Of a stretch of DNA of 64,000 nt, positions 25,820 to 37,599 are shown piece after piece; positions within the stretch are counted from its first letter, which is position 1; each line of letters opens with the position of its first letter. Made by a program: the position numbers and the translations under genes. The DNA comes from Octopus sinensis (Eukaryota): contig NC_043007.1 in the NCBI RefSeq assembly GCF_006345805.1, positions 25,792,001-25,856,000 of the forward strand, given 5' to 3'. Under the pieces are notes generated by a model. The model had not been told where the DNA came from and made no database searches. It saw nothing but the letters and a program-made list of their open reading frames with translations.

Positions 25820-26220
25820 AAGCAAAATTGATGATGATGACGATGATGATGACGATAATGATAACAATGACGTTAATGATGATAATGATGACAACGACAA
25901 CAGCGATGATGATGATGATGATGATGATAATGATAACAATGATGGTAATGATGATAGTGATGATGATGAAGACGACAGCAATGACAACAACAACAATGAT
26001 GATGATGATGATGATGATGAAGATGATGATGATGATGAAGATGATGATGATGATGAAGATGATGATGATGATGAAGATGATGATGATGATGATGAAGATG
26101 ATGATGATGATGATGATGAAGATGATGATGATGATGAAGGAGACAATGGTAACAATATCTATGATGATAAGGAGGAGAGGGACCGCATTGATGATAATGA
26201 TGACAGCAATTATGACGATG
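25820..26220. repeat. (GAT)n expansion with GAA interruptions
   Basis: Follows an old retroposon tail and shows local higher-order periodicity. Confidence 0.9.
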
Positions 26221-26648
26221 ACATACAGTCAATTCCATTTAATTTCAGAGTCTCTGTAATTGAAATTCTTATGCAGTTCACTAAATTCAACACAGGTGAC
26301 AATGATAAATTACAACACAACAAATTATTATATTAAAATGATACATTCACCAATAACAACTATAAGACATTTAGCCATTATTCAAATTTTTAGTACATCA
26401 CATGTCTAAAACAACCAATCAAAAATGTTCTTTCCCCAACGGCTATTGTGAGGCACCAAGCTACAATCCTCCATTTTGTGATTTTGTCTCTGTTCATGCT
26501 ACTGTATAAAGTGAGTTATCATTGACACTATTTATTTTAGAAAAACATAAAATGGTAAAATCAGTTTAAGTTAATGGAAATGAATATTTTAGATTACTTC
26601 AAATGTATTTTCAACATCATTTTATCGTTTTATCAATAAGAAATGTGC

Positions 26649-26698
<50 letters not shown>

Positions 26699-26861
26699 AT
26701 GTGTGTGTACGTGTATCTATATATATATAATATATATATATAAGTCCATATCAATAACTGAACAAGTAAAACAGTGTGTGTGTGTGTGTGTGCATGTGTG
26801 TGTACGTGTATCTATATCTATATATATAAGGTCCATATCAATAACTGAACGAGTAAAACAA

Positions 26862-26893
<32 letters not shown>

Positions 26894-26925
26894 TGTATGA
26901 TGTTATGTATATGAATATATATATA

Positions 26926-28212
26926 TTGGGTCATCCCATAAATAATGTGGGTTTTTAATACTTCTTTTATTTTTCAGAATTAAGATAAACAAAGTTCTTT
27001 TTTAATCTAAAATATACTCTCCTTCATTTTCTACAATGCTCTTCCATTTATCTGGTAGACTTGCCAAACCTCTCTTCCATAATTCACTTGTCTGTAACGA
27101 AAAATACTTCTCCAGTACTGTTCTGACCTCATCTACAGAATTCATATTTTTTCCATCTAAATGATTTTGAAGACTGCAGAATAAATGATAATCAGACGGG
27201 GCAATGTCCAGCAAATATAGTGGGTGGGGTATCATTGCCCATTCAAACTGCTCCAGCCTTTGGAATGTCATCCTCGCTGTATGTGGCCAAGCATTATCCT
27301 GATGGAAGAACACCTTTCGTCTTGAAACCAAAGATGGTCGTTTTTCTTCTAGTGCTGACATAAGCCGCTCAAGCTGCTCGCAGTAGATCTCCTTTGTTAT
27401 TGTTTGGTTTGAGTTTAAAAGTTCAAAGTATACTAAACTTCTCATATCTCATCAAACAGGTAACAACACCTTGCATGGGTGAAGACCGCCTTAAGCCTGG
27501 GGTGCCGGTGTTTCTCCTTTCCCTACCCACTTTCTTCAGCCCTTGACATTTTTATACAGAACCCATTTCTCATCACCAGTCACTATTCAGTCCAAAAATG
27601 GTTCATTCCTGAGACGTGACAGCAAAGAAGAGCTCACATTCACTTTCTGCACGTGATTAGACTCAGAAAGTTTGTGAGGAACACATTGATCCAATTTGCT
27701 GACTTTTCTGATAACATGCAGGTGTTGATGAATGGTAGAATGACCAAACCCAAGCTTCTCTGCTAGTTCCTCAACAGTCACAATGGGATTTTGTTCCACT
27801 AGGATTTCCAGGATGTCCTCGCTGAGCTCTACAGATCTTGCAGGACGAGGCTCATCTTCTAGGCTGTAGTTTCCAGCTTGGAATTTCTGGAACCAACGTT
27901 GACTCTGGCTTACACTTATTGTCCAATCCCCATATACTGTATTAATATTCCTCACACTTTCTGTTACATTGTTGCCTTTTTTGATCTCCTAAAGCAAAAT
28001 ATGCCGAATATGCTCCTTTGTCACTTCATTATAGCTTTGAAAAAATAACTGTTAAAATCGAACTGCACTCTTCAAAATTTGCACTAGGAATAAGGATAAG
28101 GTAAAATTACTACCTGCTTCTATAAACAAGTTGATGCAGATAGTTTATCCCGTCCCCCTCTGACTTTTAGTTCATGCAACTGAAAAACCGCATTATTGAT
28201 GGAATGACCCAA
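26926..28212 (-). mobile_element. Full-length (1287 bp) decayed mariner element, DD34D transposase pseudogene
   Basis: TA-flanked TIRs TTGGGTCA(T)...; ORF pieces 27587-27955 (HTH region, VPHKLS) and 27002-27445 (FHQDNA, DIAPSDYHLF), with stops and frameshifts between and upstream. Confidence 0.95.
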
Positions 28213-28734
28213 TATATACATATATATACATACATACATACACACATATATACATATATATATATATTTACATACATACATCATCATCAGTTTTTTATAT
28301 GTGATACTAGCATAAGATGGATATCTCATTGAAGTACAATTTACTTCTTCTTCAGTATTATTGCTCTCTTAGATGAGTTGCGGGAGCACATCTCCCTTAT
28401 ACGTTCCAATTTTAGCAAAGTTTCGTTGGCTAGATACTCTTCCTAACACTAGCCACATTATACAGGGGACTAGGTGAACTTTATCATGGTACAAGCCTTA
28501 GAGAATTCGTCATGTCCTCAGTAACACTAAGTAGTTGCCCTTGCTCATTTGTCAACACTTTAGAAGGTATACTGGGGGGGGGGTATTCTTTCCTTGCACC
28601 AGCATTAGTGAGTTTGCCTTGTACTCTGCAAGACTAAAGAGTCTTCAGTATTTTACATCATCTCCATTGTTCAAGGCAACAGGATCAAAAGAGTGAATTG
28701 AAGAAGAAGCAATACCAGAAGAACTAGGTTGGGG

Positions 28735-30678
28735 AAGAGAAAGAAAAAACAGCAAGTTTCACTGATAAGGTCATATAATGCCGAAACATGCACAACATTA
28801 TCTCCATACAAACAAAAATTCAACTCGCACCACTTGGTATTTGTTCGGTATTTCAGCGAAGACCTTCAACCTTGTGAGGAAATGCTGTTCACAGAGAAAT
28901 TGCCGCTTGATTCAAAAGGTGCAACTATATTTCACACTCTCAAGTCTTTCCTTTTTGAACATAATATCCCACTAAGTAATATTTCTGCCTGTGCATCTGG
29001 TGGAACCCCTTCAATGATAGGAAGATACGGAGGTTTTCCATCTCTCCTAAAGAGTGAAATTTCCCACCAGATACTAACTGCTCATTGTTTGGCGCACCGG
29101 CAGCATTTTGTGGCAAAAAATATGAACAGTAGATTGGATGACGCACTACAGTTACTTATCAAGACTGTGAACAAATTGAAGTCCAGTCCCTTGTCTGATT
29201 GAATTTTCTATCAACTCTGTCTGAGAAATGATGAGAACTATACAAAACTCTTATACCATACAGAAGTGCAGTGTCTGTCAAAAGGAAACTGTGTTTTACG
29301 CTTTGTTGAACTATTTCATATAATATCTTTTTCTTTGAAGATACTCCAATATCCGTTTCATTGGTGGCTGCAAGGTGCAATGTCTTTTTCTTTGTGATAT
29401 ATTCACAAAATTAAATGATTTGAATAAGTTATTGCAAGGAAACAGAAAAACTCTTGTTGATTGTAAATCATTTATCACTACCTCCATTTCAAAATTGGTG
29501 TTATTTAAGGCTAACATTTCAAAATGTCAATTCCATCAATTTCCACAACTAGATGCTTTGATAGATGAATTGGTTGATGAGGATTTAACTACATATCCCA
29601 ACGATTTACAATCATTGCATGATAACATGGTGGAGCGATTTCAAGATGTTATTGCGCTGAATATTCTAAATTGGTATAGCAATCCATTTGAGGTCGATGC
29701 AGTCGATTGCAAGGATGATGTTGAGGGGGAATTGATAAAATTACAAAATGACAATGATGCCACAATGCGATATCACCATAATGGCAAAGAAGGCTTGTGG
29801 TACGATCAAAGTATATCAAATTCCTACCCTAATCTGTGGAAACATCTGAAACTACTTTTGCTTGCCTTCCCTACCTCATACCTGGTTGAGCCTGTTTTTA
29901 ACCATGTTGGAACTTTATTTTCCAATAAAAGAATTGGATTGGATGTGATACAACGAGGGGACTTGTGGCTAAAGTTGACAAGTTTGAAACTGAATGTATC
30001 TGCACTAGCTGCATTGCACCAAACACATGGTTCTCATTAAAAAGCTTTATTCTTTTCCTTTATAATACAATCATTAATTATTTTTGCATCGGTAGTTTTG
30101 ATCAATGGTTCATTTGAGGAAAATGAAAATCAGTGTAAAAGAAAGCACAAGTTCCCAGAAGTTAATCTATCTGCATAATACGGAGTTAACATTAGAAATT
30201 TATTCACACTAATGGCAAAACTAAACCCACAATAAGGGATTTGTAAACAACCGCATATTTAATCCAAACGGCACTAATAGGGTAATGAGTCTACGATATT
30301 GTGAGTCAACTAATACAAGTGGAGGGGTCCAAGGGGATTTTGTGTTGGGGAGGTTGTGTCAGGGGGTTTTGTACACAAGTGGGTGACGAAGCATTTTTTG
30401 GCCAATAGGATGGCAAACCGTTAAGACGCCGGGTGAAATGCTTACCGGTATTTCGTCTGCCGTTACGTTCTGAGTTCAAATTCCTCCAAGGTCGACTTTG
30501 CTTTTCATCCTTTCGCACTGGGGTCGATGTAATCAACTTAATCCCTTTGTCTGTCCTGGTTTGTCCCCTCTATGTTTAGCCCCTTGTGGGCAATAAAGAA
30601 ACAGGTAGGCAATGGAGCATTTTTTGTCCGATAGGTGGGTGATATTGCAATTTGGTGTGAAAAGTTTGGGAAACACTG
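28735..30678 (+). mobile_element. Decayed Buster/Charlie-type hAT transposon (3' portion)
   Basis: ORF pieces carry HCLAHR and the C-terminal LLAFPTSYLVE...GDLWLKLT...HQTHGSH. The right TIR GTTTGGGAAACACTG ends at 30678; the left TIR was not found. A family D SINE is inserted at about 30410-30605. Confidence 0.9.
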
Positions 30679-31261
30679 GTTTTGACAGTTGGATACTCTT
30701 CAAAATGCCAACCACTTTATAATATACAAACATTAAATGATGATGGTGATGACAATGATGATATCATCATCATCAAGTTTTTAATGTCCGCTTTTCTATA
30801 CTTTGATGGGTTGGACAAAGTTTACTGAAGTAGATTTTCTACAGCTGGATGCCCTTCCTGTTACCAACCCTCACCTGTCTCTAAGCAAAGTAATATTTCT
30901 TCACATCCTCGGAACATGAACAGGGCAATAGTTGAACTGTTTACACAGAAGGCTACAAATGAGCATCACCACTTGTATGACAGTATCATTCGTTTACAAT
31001 TAGCAAGGGATAGCAAGACAAAGAAAACAGATACAAAAATGCACACACACACACACACACACAATAAATATAACAGGAGACCTGGAAAGATCTGGAAAGT
31101 GAAAGTTCATAACAATTCGGCAGAGACAGGTGAGCTCAAAGATGAGAGAGGAGAGAATTCAAGATGCCTTAACGTTGATTTAACCTGCGTCAGAGTCTGG
31201 TAACTTGGTACAGCCCGAGTAAATTGTATATACTGATTATCTAGATATCCTTTGACTCCTT

Positions 31262-31267
31262 CTTGTG

Positions 31268-31309
<42 letters not shown>

Positions 31310-31590
31310 ATGTGTGTGCGTGCAGGTGTGTGTGCGTGCAGGTGTGTGTGCATGCATGTGTGTGTGTGTGCATGTGTGTGTGCATGTGTGTATGTGCATG
31401 CATTGTGTGCATGCATGCATGTATGTGCATGTGTGCACATGCATGTGTATGCATGCATGTATGTGCATGTGTGTGTGTGCGTGCATGTGTGTGCGTGCAT
31501 GTGTGTGCATGCATGTGTGTGCGTGCATGTGTGTGCGTGCATGTGTGTGCATGCATGTGTGTGCGTGCATGTGTGTGAGAGAGAGAGAGA
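31262..31590. repeat. (TG)n/(TGCA) compound microsatellite
   Basis: Directly visible. Confidence 0.95.
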
Positions 31591-31759
31591 AACCAAAATA
31601 GTCATAATACGAGAGAAGAATAACAGTGAGCAAAAGTGGTATTTTCCTTTCATGATCTGTTCAAACAAGGGGAATTTTACAGTTTCAGTGTTTAGAACAG
31701 CACTGCACATCATTAGCTACACTAACAGGACAAATATCCATCAAATGTAAATAATGTAA

Positions 31760-32080
31760 ATGTGTCGGTGGCACATAAAAAGCACCATCCGAATCGTGGC
31801 CGAAGCCAGTGCCGCCTCGACTGGCTTCCGTGCAGGTGGCACGTAAAATGCACCAATCCGACCGTGGCCGATGCCAGCCTCGCCTGGCACCAGTGCAGGT
31901 GGCACGTAAAAAGCACCCACTACACTCTCGGAGTGGTTGGCGTTAGGAAGGGCATCCAGCTGTAGAAACTTTGCCAGATAAGACCGGAGCCTGGTGCAGC
32001 CTTCTGGCTACCCAGATCCCCGGTCGAACCGTCCAACCCTAGCATGGAGAATGGACGTTAAACGATGATGATGATGATGA
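31760..32080 (+). mobile_element. Family B retroposon
   Basis: Modules plus the 3' block and (GAT)n. Confidence 0.85.
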
Positions 32081-32200
32081 TAGTGATGAATTTTAAATGT
32101 TTTCATGATGTATTTACACTATATACTATATTAACTTGTTTTCTAGAAAATATATAATAAATCTTAGGGCGAGTTATAAACAGTAGCTGCAACACATTGT

Positions 32201-32374
32201 GACGTATATTTGCCATTTAAATATGGCTAACCCCTAAGGGTGGATGCTACTGTAGTTTGTAGCCCCAGGAGGGAACCTCCTAAAGCCAGCTGGAGGAGGT
32301 GTCCCCCTGGGGCTACAAACTACAGTAGCATCCACCCTTAGGGGTTAGCCATATTTAAATGGCAAATATACGTC
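32201..32374. repeat. Perfect 69-bp inverted repeat
   Basis: 32201-32269 is the reverse complement of 32306-32374. Confidence 0.95.
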
Positions 32375-32539
32375 TGGAAAATATAGTTTTCTAATTAACA
32401 TGTTTACAAGATATTTGTTCATGGAAGTATATTATAATGCCTAGTTTGTAATGTCTAGGTTTGTAATGTCTAGGTTAAGCATTGATCTATCTGGAAAACA
32501 CAAGACAAAGAAGAACTGAGAAAACTGAATATTGATTGG

Positions 32540-32915
32540 TACAAGGCCAGTAAGTTTGGACAGGGGCTAAGTCAATTACATTAATCCTAGTACTCAACTG
32601 GTACTTATTTTATCAAGCCCCAAAAGGATAAAAAAAGCAAAATTGGCCTCAGAGGAAATTAAACTCAGAACAGAAAGATGGACAAAATACCTGATTTTTT
32701 ACTACCCACAAGGGGCTAAACACAGAGGACAAACAAGGACAAACAAACAGATTAAGTCGATTATATCGACCCCAGTGCATAGCTGGTACTTAATTTATCG
32801 ACCCTGAAAGGATGAAAGGCAAAGTCGACCTCGGTGGAATTTGAACTCAGAACATAGCGACAGACAAAATACCACAAAGCATTTTGCCCAGCATGCTAAA
32901 GGTTCTGCCAACTCA
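32540..32915 (-). mobile_element. Family D SINE head+body followed by an older D-like body
   Basis: One head and two bodies, joined at GGTATTT on the minus strand. Confidence 0.75.
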
Positions 32916-32934
32916 CTCATTTATTAATGTTGTT

Positions 32935-33200
32935 GTTGTTTGTTCCTTCTCGAGTCACGCCTGGCTCATAGGACCGGTTTCCTTGGCATATTGGTTCCCC
33001 ACCTGAACGGGACGCCGGTCCGTCGCAGGTGAGCTGCAAGATGCAGGAGGAAAGAGTGAGAGAAAGTTGTGGCGAAAGAGTCAGCAGAAGTTTGCCATTA
33101 CCTTCTGCCGGAGCCGCGTGGAGCTTAGGTGTTTTACTCATAAACACACACATCGATTGGTCTGAGATTCAAACCCATGATCCCTCGTCTGTGAGTCCAT
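32935..33200 (-). mobile_element. SINE family F (head C + tail F), 5' end clipped
   Basis: Head C body with a CCTGCGACGGACCGGCGTCCC...GAGCCAGGCGTG tail. Confidence 0.85.
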
Positions 33201-34001
33201 GTGCCTCCACACACTCTATTTAATATAATGAAATATTAATCAGTGCAACAGACAAACAATGAAGACATGACACACAAGACACAAAAAAAATATATACAGA
33301 TAAATATTTAAGTGCGACAGACAATGATGGAAATAATACAAAGAGCACAGAAAACAATATGGTTAAGCCTGATCAACTAGAATGAAAGAAAGGAGAAGAA
33401 AAGAGGAAGAAAATACAGAAAAAATGTTAGGTTTTTTTTTTTTTTGATTGAAACAATATAAAACAAAATAAACCTAAATGTGTGTCTCCAACATGGGAGG
33501 AAAAATAAGAACAAATATCTAATCATTATTTACATTATTTACATTCGACAGATATTTGTCCTCATCTTTTTTATTGTTAACACGTTTCGGCTGATATACC
33601 CTCCAGCCTTCATCAGGTGTCTTGGGGAAATTTCAAACCTGGGTTCTCATTCCTAAGGTATTTTTCGATGTTATTATTATTACTATAGACGTAGGAGTGG
33701 CTGTGTGGTAAGTAGCTTGCTTACGAACCACATGGTTCCAGGTTCAGTCCCAATGTATGGCAACTTGGGCAAGAGTCTTCTACTATAGCCTCGGGCCGAC
33801 TAAAGCCCTGTGAGTGGATTTGGTGGACGGAAACTGAAAGAAGCCCGTCGTATATATGTTATATTATATATATATATATATATGGAATAAGTACCAGACT
33901 TAAAAATAACTATAGGGGTCAGTTTCTTCAACTAAAACCTTTAGGAGAGTGCCTCTATATGGCTGCTAGTCAATGACTGAAACAGCTCAAAATATATAAT
34001 A

Positions 34002-34236
34002 CAGGGTGTTCAAAAAGTCTCTCCGCAGTGAAATTTTTTCATCCTTCGCATCACCATGGAGCTACTTCAAGAGATTTTCAGTGAATGGATCATTTCGAAG
34101 GGACTTTGGTCACCAAGATCACCTAATTTAACACCACCAAATATTTTTTTTCTGGGGAGTACATAAAGGATCAGTTTACAAGAATCGCCCAAAAGCCATT
34201 AAATACTTACTGCTGAGAGACTTTTTAAACACCCTG
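34002..34236 (+). mobile_element. Tc1/mariner internal-deletion MITE
   Basis: TA TSD, TIRs CAGGGTGTTYAAAAAGTCTCTC, and an internal WSPRSPNLTPP..FFWG-like transposase remnant. Confidence 0.9.
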
Positions 34237-34237
34237 T

Positions 34238-34644
34238 ACTCTCTTTTACTCTCTTTTACTTGTTTCAGTCATTTGACTGCGGCCATGCTGGAGCACCGCC
34301 TTTAGTCGAGCAAATCGACCCCGGGACTTATTCTTTGTAAGCCCAGTACTTATTCTATCGGTCTCTTTTGCCGAACCGCTAAGTGACGGGGACGTAAACA
34401 CACCAGCATCGGTTGTCAAGCAATGCTAGGGGGACAAACACACAAACACACACACACACATATATATATATACATATATACGACAGGCTTCTTTCAGTTT
34501 CCGTCTACCAAATCCACTCACAAGGCATTGGTCGGCCCGGGGCTATAGCAGTAGACACCTGCCCAAGATGCCACGCAGTGGGACTGAACCCGCAACCATG
34601 TGGTTGGTTAGCAAGCTACTTACCACACAGCCACTCCTGCGCCT
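34238..34644 (-). mobile_element. SINE family A, full length, close to consensus
   Basis: Matches the other copies. Confidence 0.9.
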
Positions 34645-34659
34645 ATATGGAATAAGTAC

Positions 34660-34681
<22 letters not shown>

Positions 34682-34692
<11 letters not shown>

Positions 34693-34948
34693 ATTTAGAG
34701 AAAAACCACTATCAAACAATTCAAAGAAGAAAGATGTTATTCACACCATATAGAAAACATATACTATAAAAAAAACTTATTTTAAATCAATAAAGTACAA
34801 TAAATAGTAAACTACTATTTACTATTTATTGTACTTTATTGATTTAAAATAAGTTTTTTTTTATAGTATATGTTTTCTATATGGTGTGAATAACATCTTT
34901 CTTCATTGAATTGTTTAATAGTGGTTTTTCTCTAAATTATATATATAT
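34682..34948. repeat. Inverted repeat with about 130-bp arms and a 6-nt loop
   Basis: Arms 34682-34811 and 34818-34948, few mismatches, (TA)n flanks. Confidence 0.95.
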
Positions 34949-35261
34949 CATCATCGCTTAACGTCCATTTTCCATGCTAGCATGGGTTGGAAATATATAT
35001 ATATGTATATATACTATTCTTCTAATTTACCTAAAATCCCATCCCATATATCTGTTTCATTTATTCTATTCATATATTTATTTATTTTCTCACTGATTCT
35101 TCTCATTTCAAAAAACACTCTGGCCTTTTGACCACTCCCCTAAGAACAATAGCTTGTGCCCTGTTTATCTCCTAAATACCAACCTACCCAAAAAACGTCC
35201 CCCACCACAACTCCATTAAATCTGCCTAAATGCATAAATACCAAAACTTATTTTGACAGCC

Positions 35262-35312
35262 AGCTTCCTGAAGATTTCATCTGAATGAAACAGTTCTAGT
35301 CCTGTAGAAGCT
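35262..35312 (+). ncRNA. Type I hammerhead ribozyme motif with full stem III
   Basis: AGCTTC-CTGAAGA-TTTCATCTGAAT-GAAA-CAG ttctagtc CTG-TA-GAAGCT. 6-bp stem I, canonical core, GUA site, weak stem II. Confidence 0.7.
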
Positions 35313-35559
35313 CCTTCTATAAAATAAAAAAAATATATATATATATGATGGCCTTCAATACAGTTTCCATCTAACAAGGTATTGATAAGCTCAGGGCTAC
35401 AGTAGAAGATGCTTACTCAAGGTGCCATACAGTGGAACTGAACTCCAAATCCTGAGGCTGCAAAGCAAGATTCTTAACCATACAGTCATGCCTGTTAGGA
35501 CTCACTTATTCAACACTGGTTGAATAATCCACTAGAGATGAAACTTGAACACCAAGTCA

Positions 35560-36625
35560 ACCTAAAGTCTGGACATCTTGTAACTGCCACCACCAAGAAA
35601 AACATCGATCATGCATGACAGGCAATTGAAGATAAAGCCTATCCTATTAGCATATCTCGTGAGAGAGTTGGAAATATTCTGCCCAGTGAACTTGGCATGA
35701 TGAAGGTTTCTGCTTGGTGGGGGACATGCTTTCTGACACATGATCAAAAGTACACCAGACTGATCACATCACAGGAAAATCTGACATTGTTTGAGGCAGA
35801 TCCAGCAGATTCCTGGGGTGAGTGTTGGCATCCTCACTTTGAGCTGAGACAAAGAAATAATCCATGCAGTGGAAACATCCCTCCTCACTTACCAAGGTCA
35901 TTTCATCCGCAAGGAAGGTAACAGCCTCGGGTTTTGGAGTGCAAAGAGCATTGTGTTTATTGACCATCATCAAAGGGGCTACACCATCAATGGAGAGTGC
36001 TATGCCAACTTGCTGAGACAGTTACAAAAGGCTATCAAGACCAAATGCCCAGGGAAACTGACAAAAGGGGCCTTGTTTCATCGGGCAATGCTCCAGCACA
36101 CAAGTCCTTGGTTTCAAGGCGGCGAGCTGGCAGAAACGTTAGCACGCCGGGCGAAATGCTTAGCGGTATTTCATCTGCGTTACGTTGTGAGTTCAAATTC
36201 CGCTGAGGTCGACTTTGCCTTTCATCCTTTCGGGGTCGATAAATTAAGTACCAGTTACGCACTGGGGTCGATGTAATCGACTTAATACCTATGTCTGTCC
36301 TTGTTTGTCCCCTCTATGTTTAGCCCCTTGTGGGTAATAAAGAAATAGGTTTCAATGCCTGCTGTGCATTACTAAGATTTTGAAAAGGTTAATCAACCTC
36401 CCTATTCTCCTGATTTGGCCCCATTGGACTATCATCTGTTCTCCAGCACGAAAAAGCACATGGCTGAGAACCTGTATTGCAGTGACGATGACATCATATC
36501 TGCTGTTGATGATTTTTTTTTTTACCAACAAGATGAAAGCTTCTTTATCAAAGGGATTCAAGCATTGAAACACTGATGGAAGTGTGAGGACTAAAAGAAG
36601 GATTATGTGGAAAAAGGAACCTTAT
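35560..36625 (+). pseudogene. Decayed mariner transposase, second family, interrupted by a SINE
   Basis: Fragments KVSAWW, FWSAKSIVFID, TINGECYANLLRQL, and a PPYSPDLAPLDYHLF-like motif; frameshifted. Confidence 0.9.
36118..36347 (+). mobile_element. tRNA-headed SINE family D, monomer with 8-bp TSD
   Basis: GGCGGCGAGCTGGCAGAAACG head and GAGTTCAAATTCC B box. TSD GGTTTCAA at 36110-17 and 36348-55. Confidence 0.9.
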
Positions 36626-36955
36626 TTTGTCATGTTCTATGAGAGCATATATAATATATATATATATATTATTAGTGAATTGAAGAAATGGAGTTGAACG
36701 AAGATTGAACAGAAATCGTTTTATTGCATTCTACACGTGTTTCGAAAGGCACAATTTACCAAATTCCGATTGAATTCAACTCCATTTCTTCAATTCACTA
36801 ATAATATTAAAATTCAATTATCCGCACCAACGCACGGTTGCAACACCATATGGTTGTACCTCCAACCGTGCTGTCTTCTGCTGTGATTTTTGCTACCAAG
36901 GTATCGGTAAAACTTTTGATTAATCTGCAACAAGATTATTCATCTTTCTATTTCA

Positions 36956-37000
<45 letters not shown>

Positions 37001-37092
37001 CACAGGAGTGGCTGTGTGGTAAGTAGCTTGCTTACTAACCACATGGCTCCTGGCTCAGTCCCACTGTGTGGAACCTTGGCCAAGTGTCTTCT

Positions 37093-37192
37093 NNNNNNNN
37101 NNNNNNNNNNNNNNNNNNNNNNNNNNNNNNNNNNNNNNNNNNNNNNNNNNNNNNNNNNNNNNNNNNNNNNNNNNNNNNNNNNNNNNNNNNNN
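37093..37192. other. Assembly gap (100 N)
   Basis: Directly visible. Confidence 1.
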
Positions 37193-37224
37193 ATAATATA
37201 TATACCTCTATATATATATATATA

Positions 37225-37339
37225 TACGGCCATATCACGTTGAAAGCACCGGTTCTCGTCTGATCACCGAAGTTAAGCAACGTTGAACCTAGTCAGTACT
37301 TAGATGGGTGACCGCTTGGGAACCCTAGGTGTAGTAAGC
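37225..37339 (+). rRNA. 5S rRNA-like sequence (about 3 nt missing at the 5' end), probably a retroposed or SINE-type copy
   Basis: TACGGCCATATCACGTTGAAAGCACCGGTTCTCGTCTGATCACCGAAGTTAAGCAACG...GATGGGTGACCGCTTGGGAA...GTAAGC follows the conserved metazoan 5S pattern. There is no oligo-T immediately after it. Confidence 0.9.
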
Positions 37340-37538
37340 ATAGCACACAGCGGTGGTGCTGCTGCAGCATGGCCGCGGCCTTCGGGCTAAAGGATTTTTT
37401 AAGGATTTATATATATATATCGAGTTATTAAAATCATTTATCACTTTTACGCGCGCGCACACACACACACACAAACATACATACATACACATTCACACAT
37501 ATACACAACCTGATTGAATGAATGAACATAAAACTTAC

Positions 37539-37568
37539 TTTGCAGCAGAATATTCATTCAGCTATATT

Positions 37569-37599
<31 letters not shown>

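Noticed and set aside
25626-26336. 236-aa Asp-rich ORF resembling acidic biomineral proteins
   Set aside because: It is a (GAT)n expansion at the tail of an old retroposon. Other frames and strands are equally open, and there is no signal peptide or splice support.
31077-31129. 53-nt exon ending CAG|GTGAGC
   Set aside because: The acceptor lacks a pyrimidine tract, the peptide is unrecognisable, and such a match is expected by chance.
37225-37339. Functional tandem 5S rDNA locus
   Set aside because: Single copy, 5' bases replaced by (TA)n, no adjacent terminator, and a retroposon tail follows.
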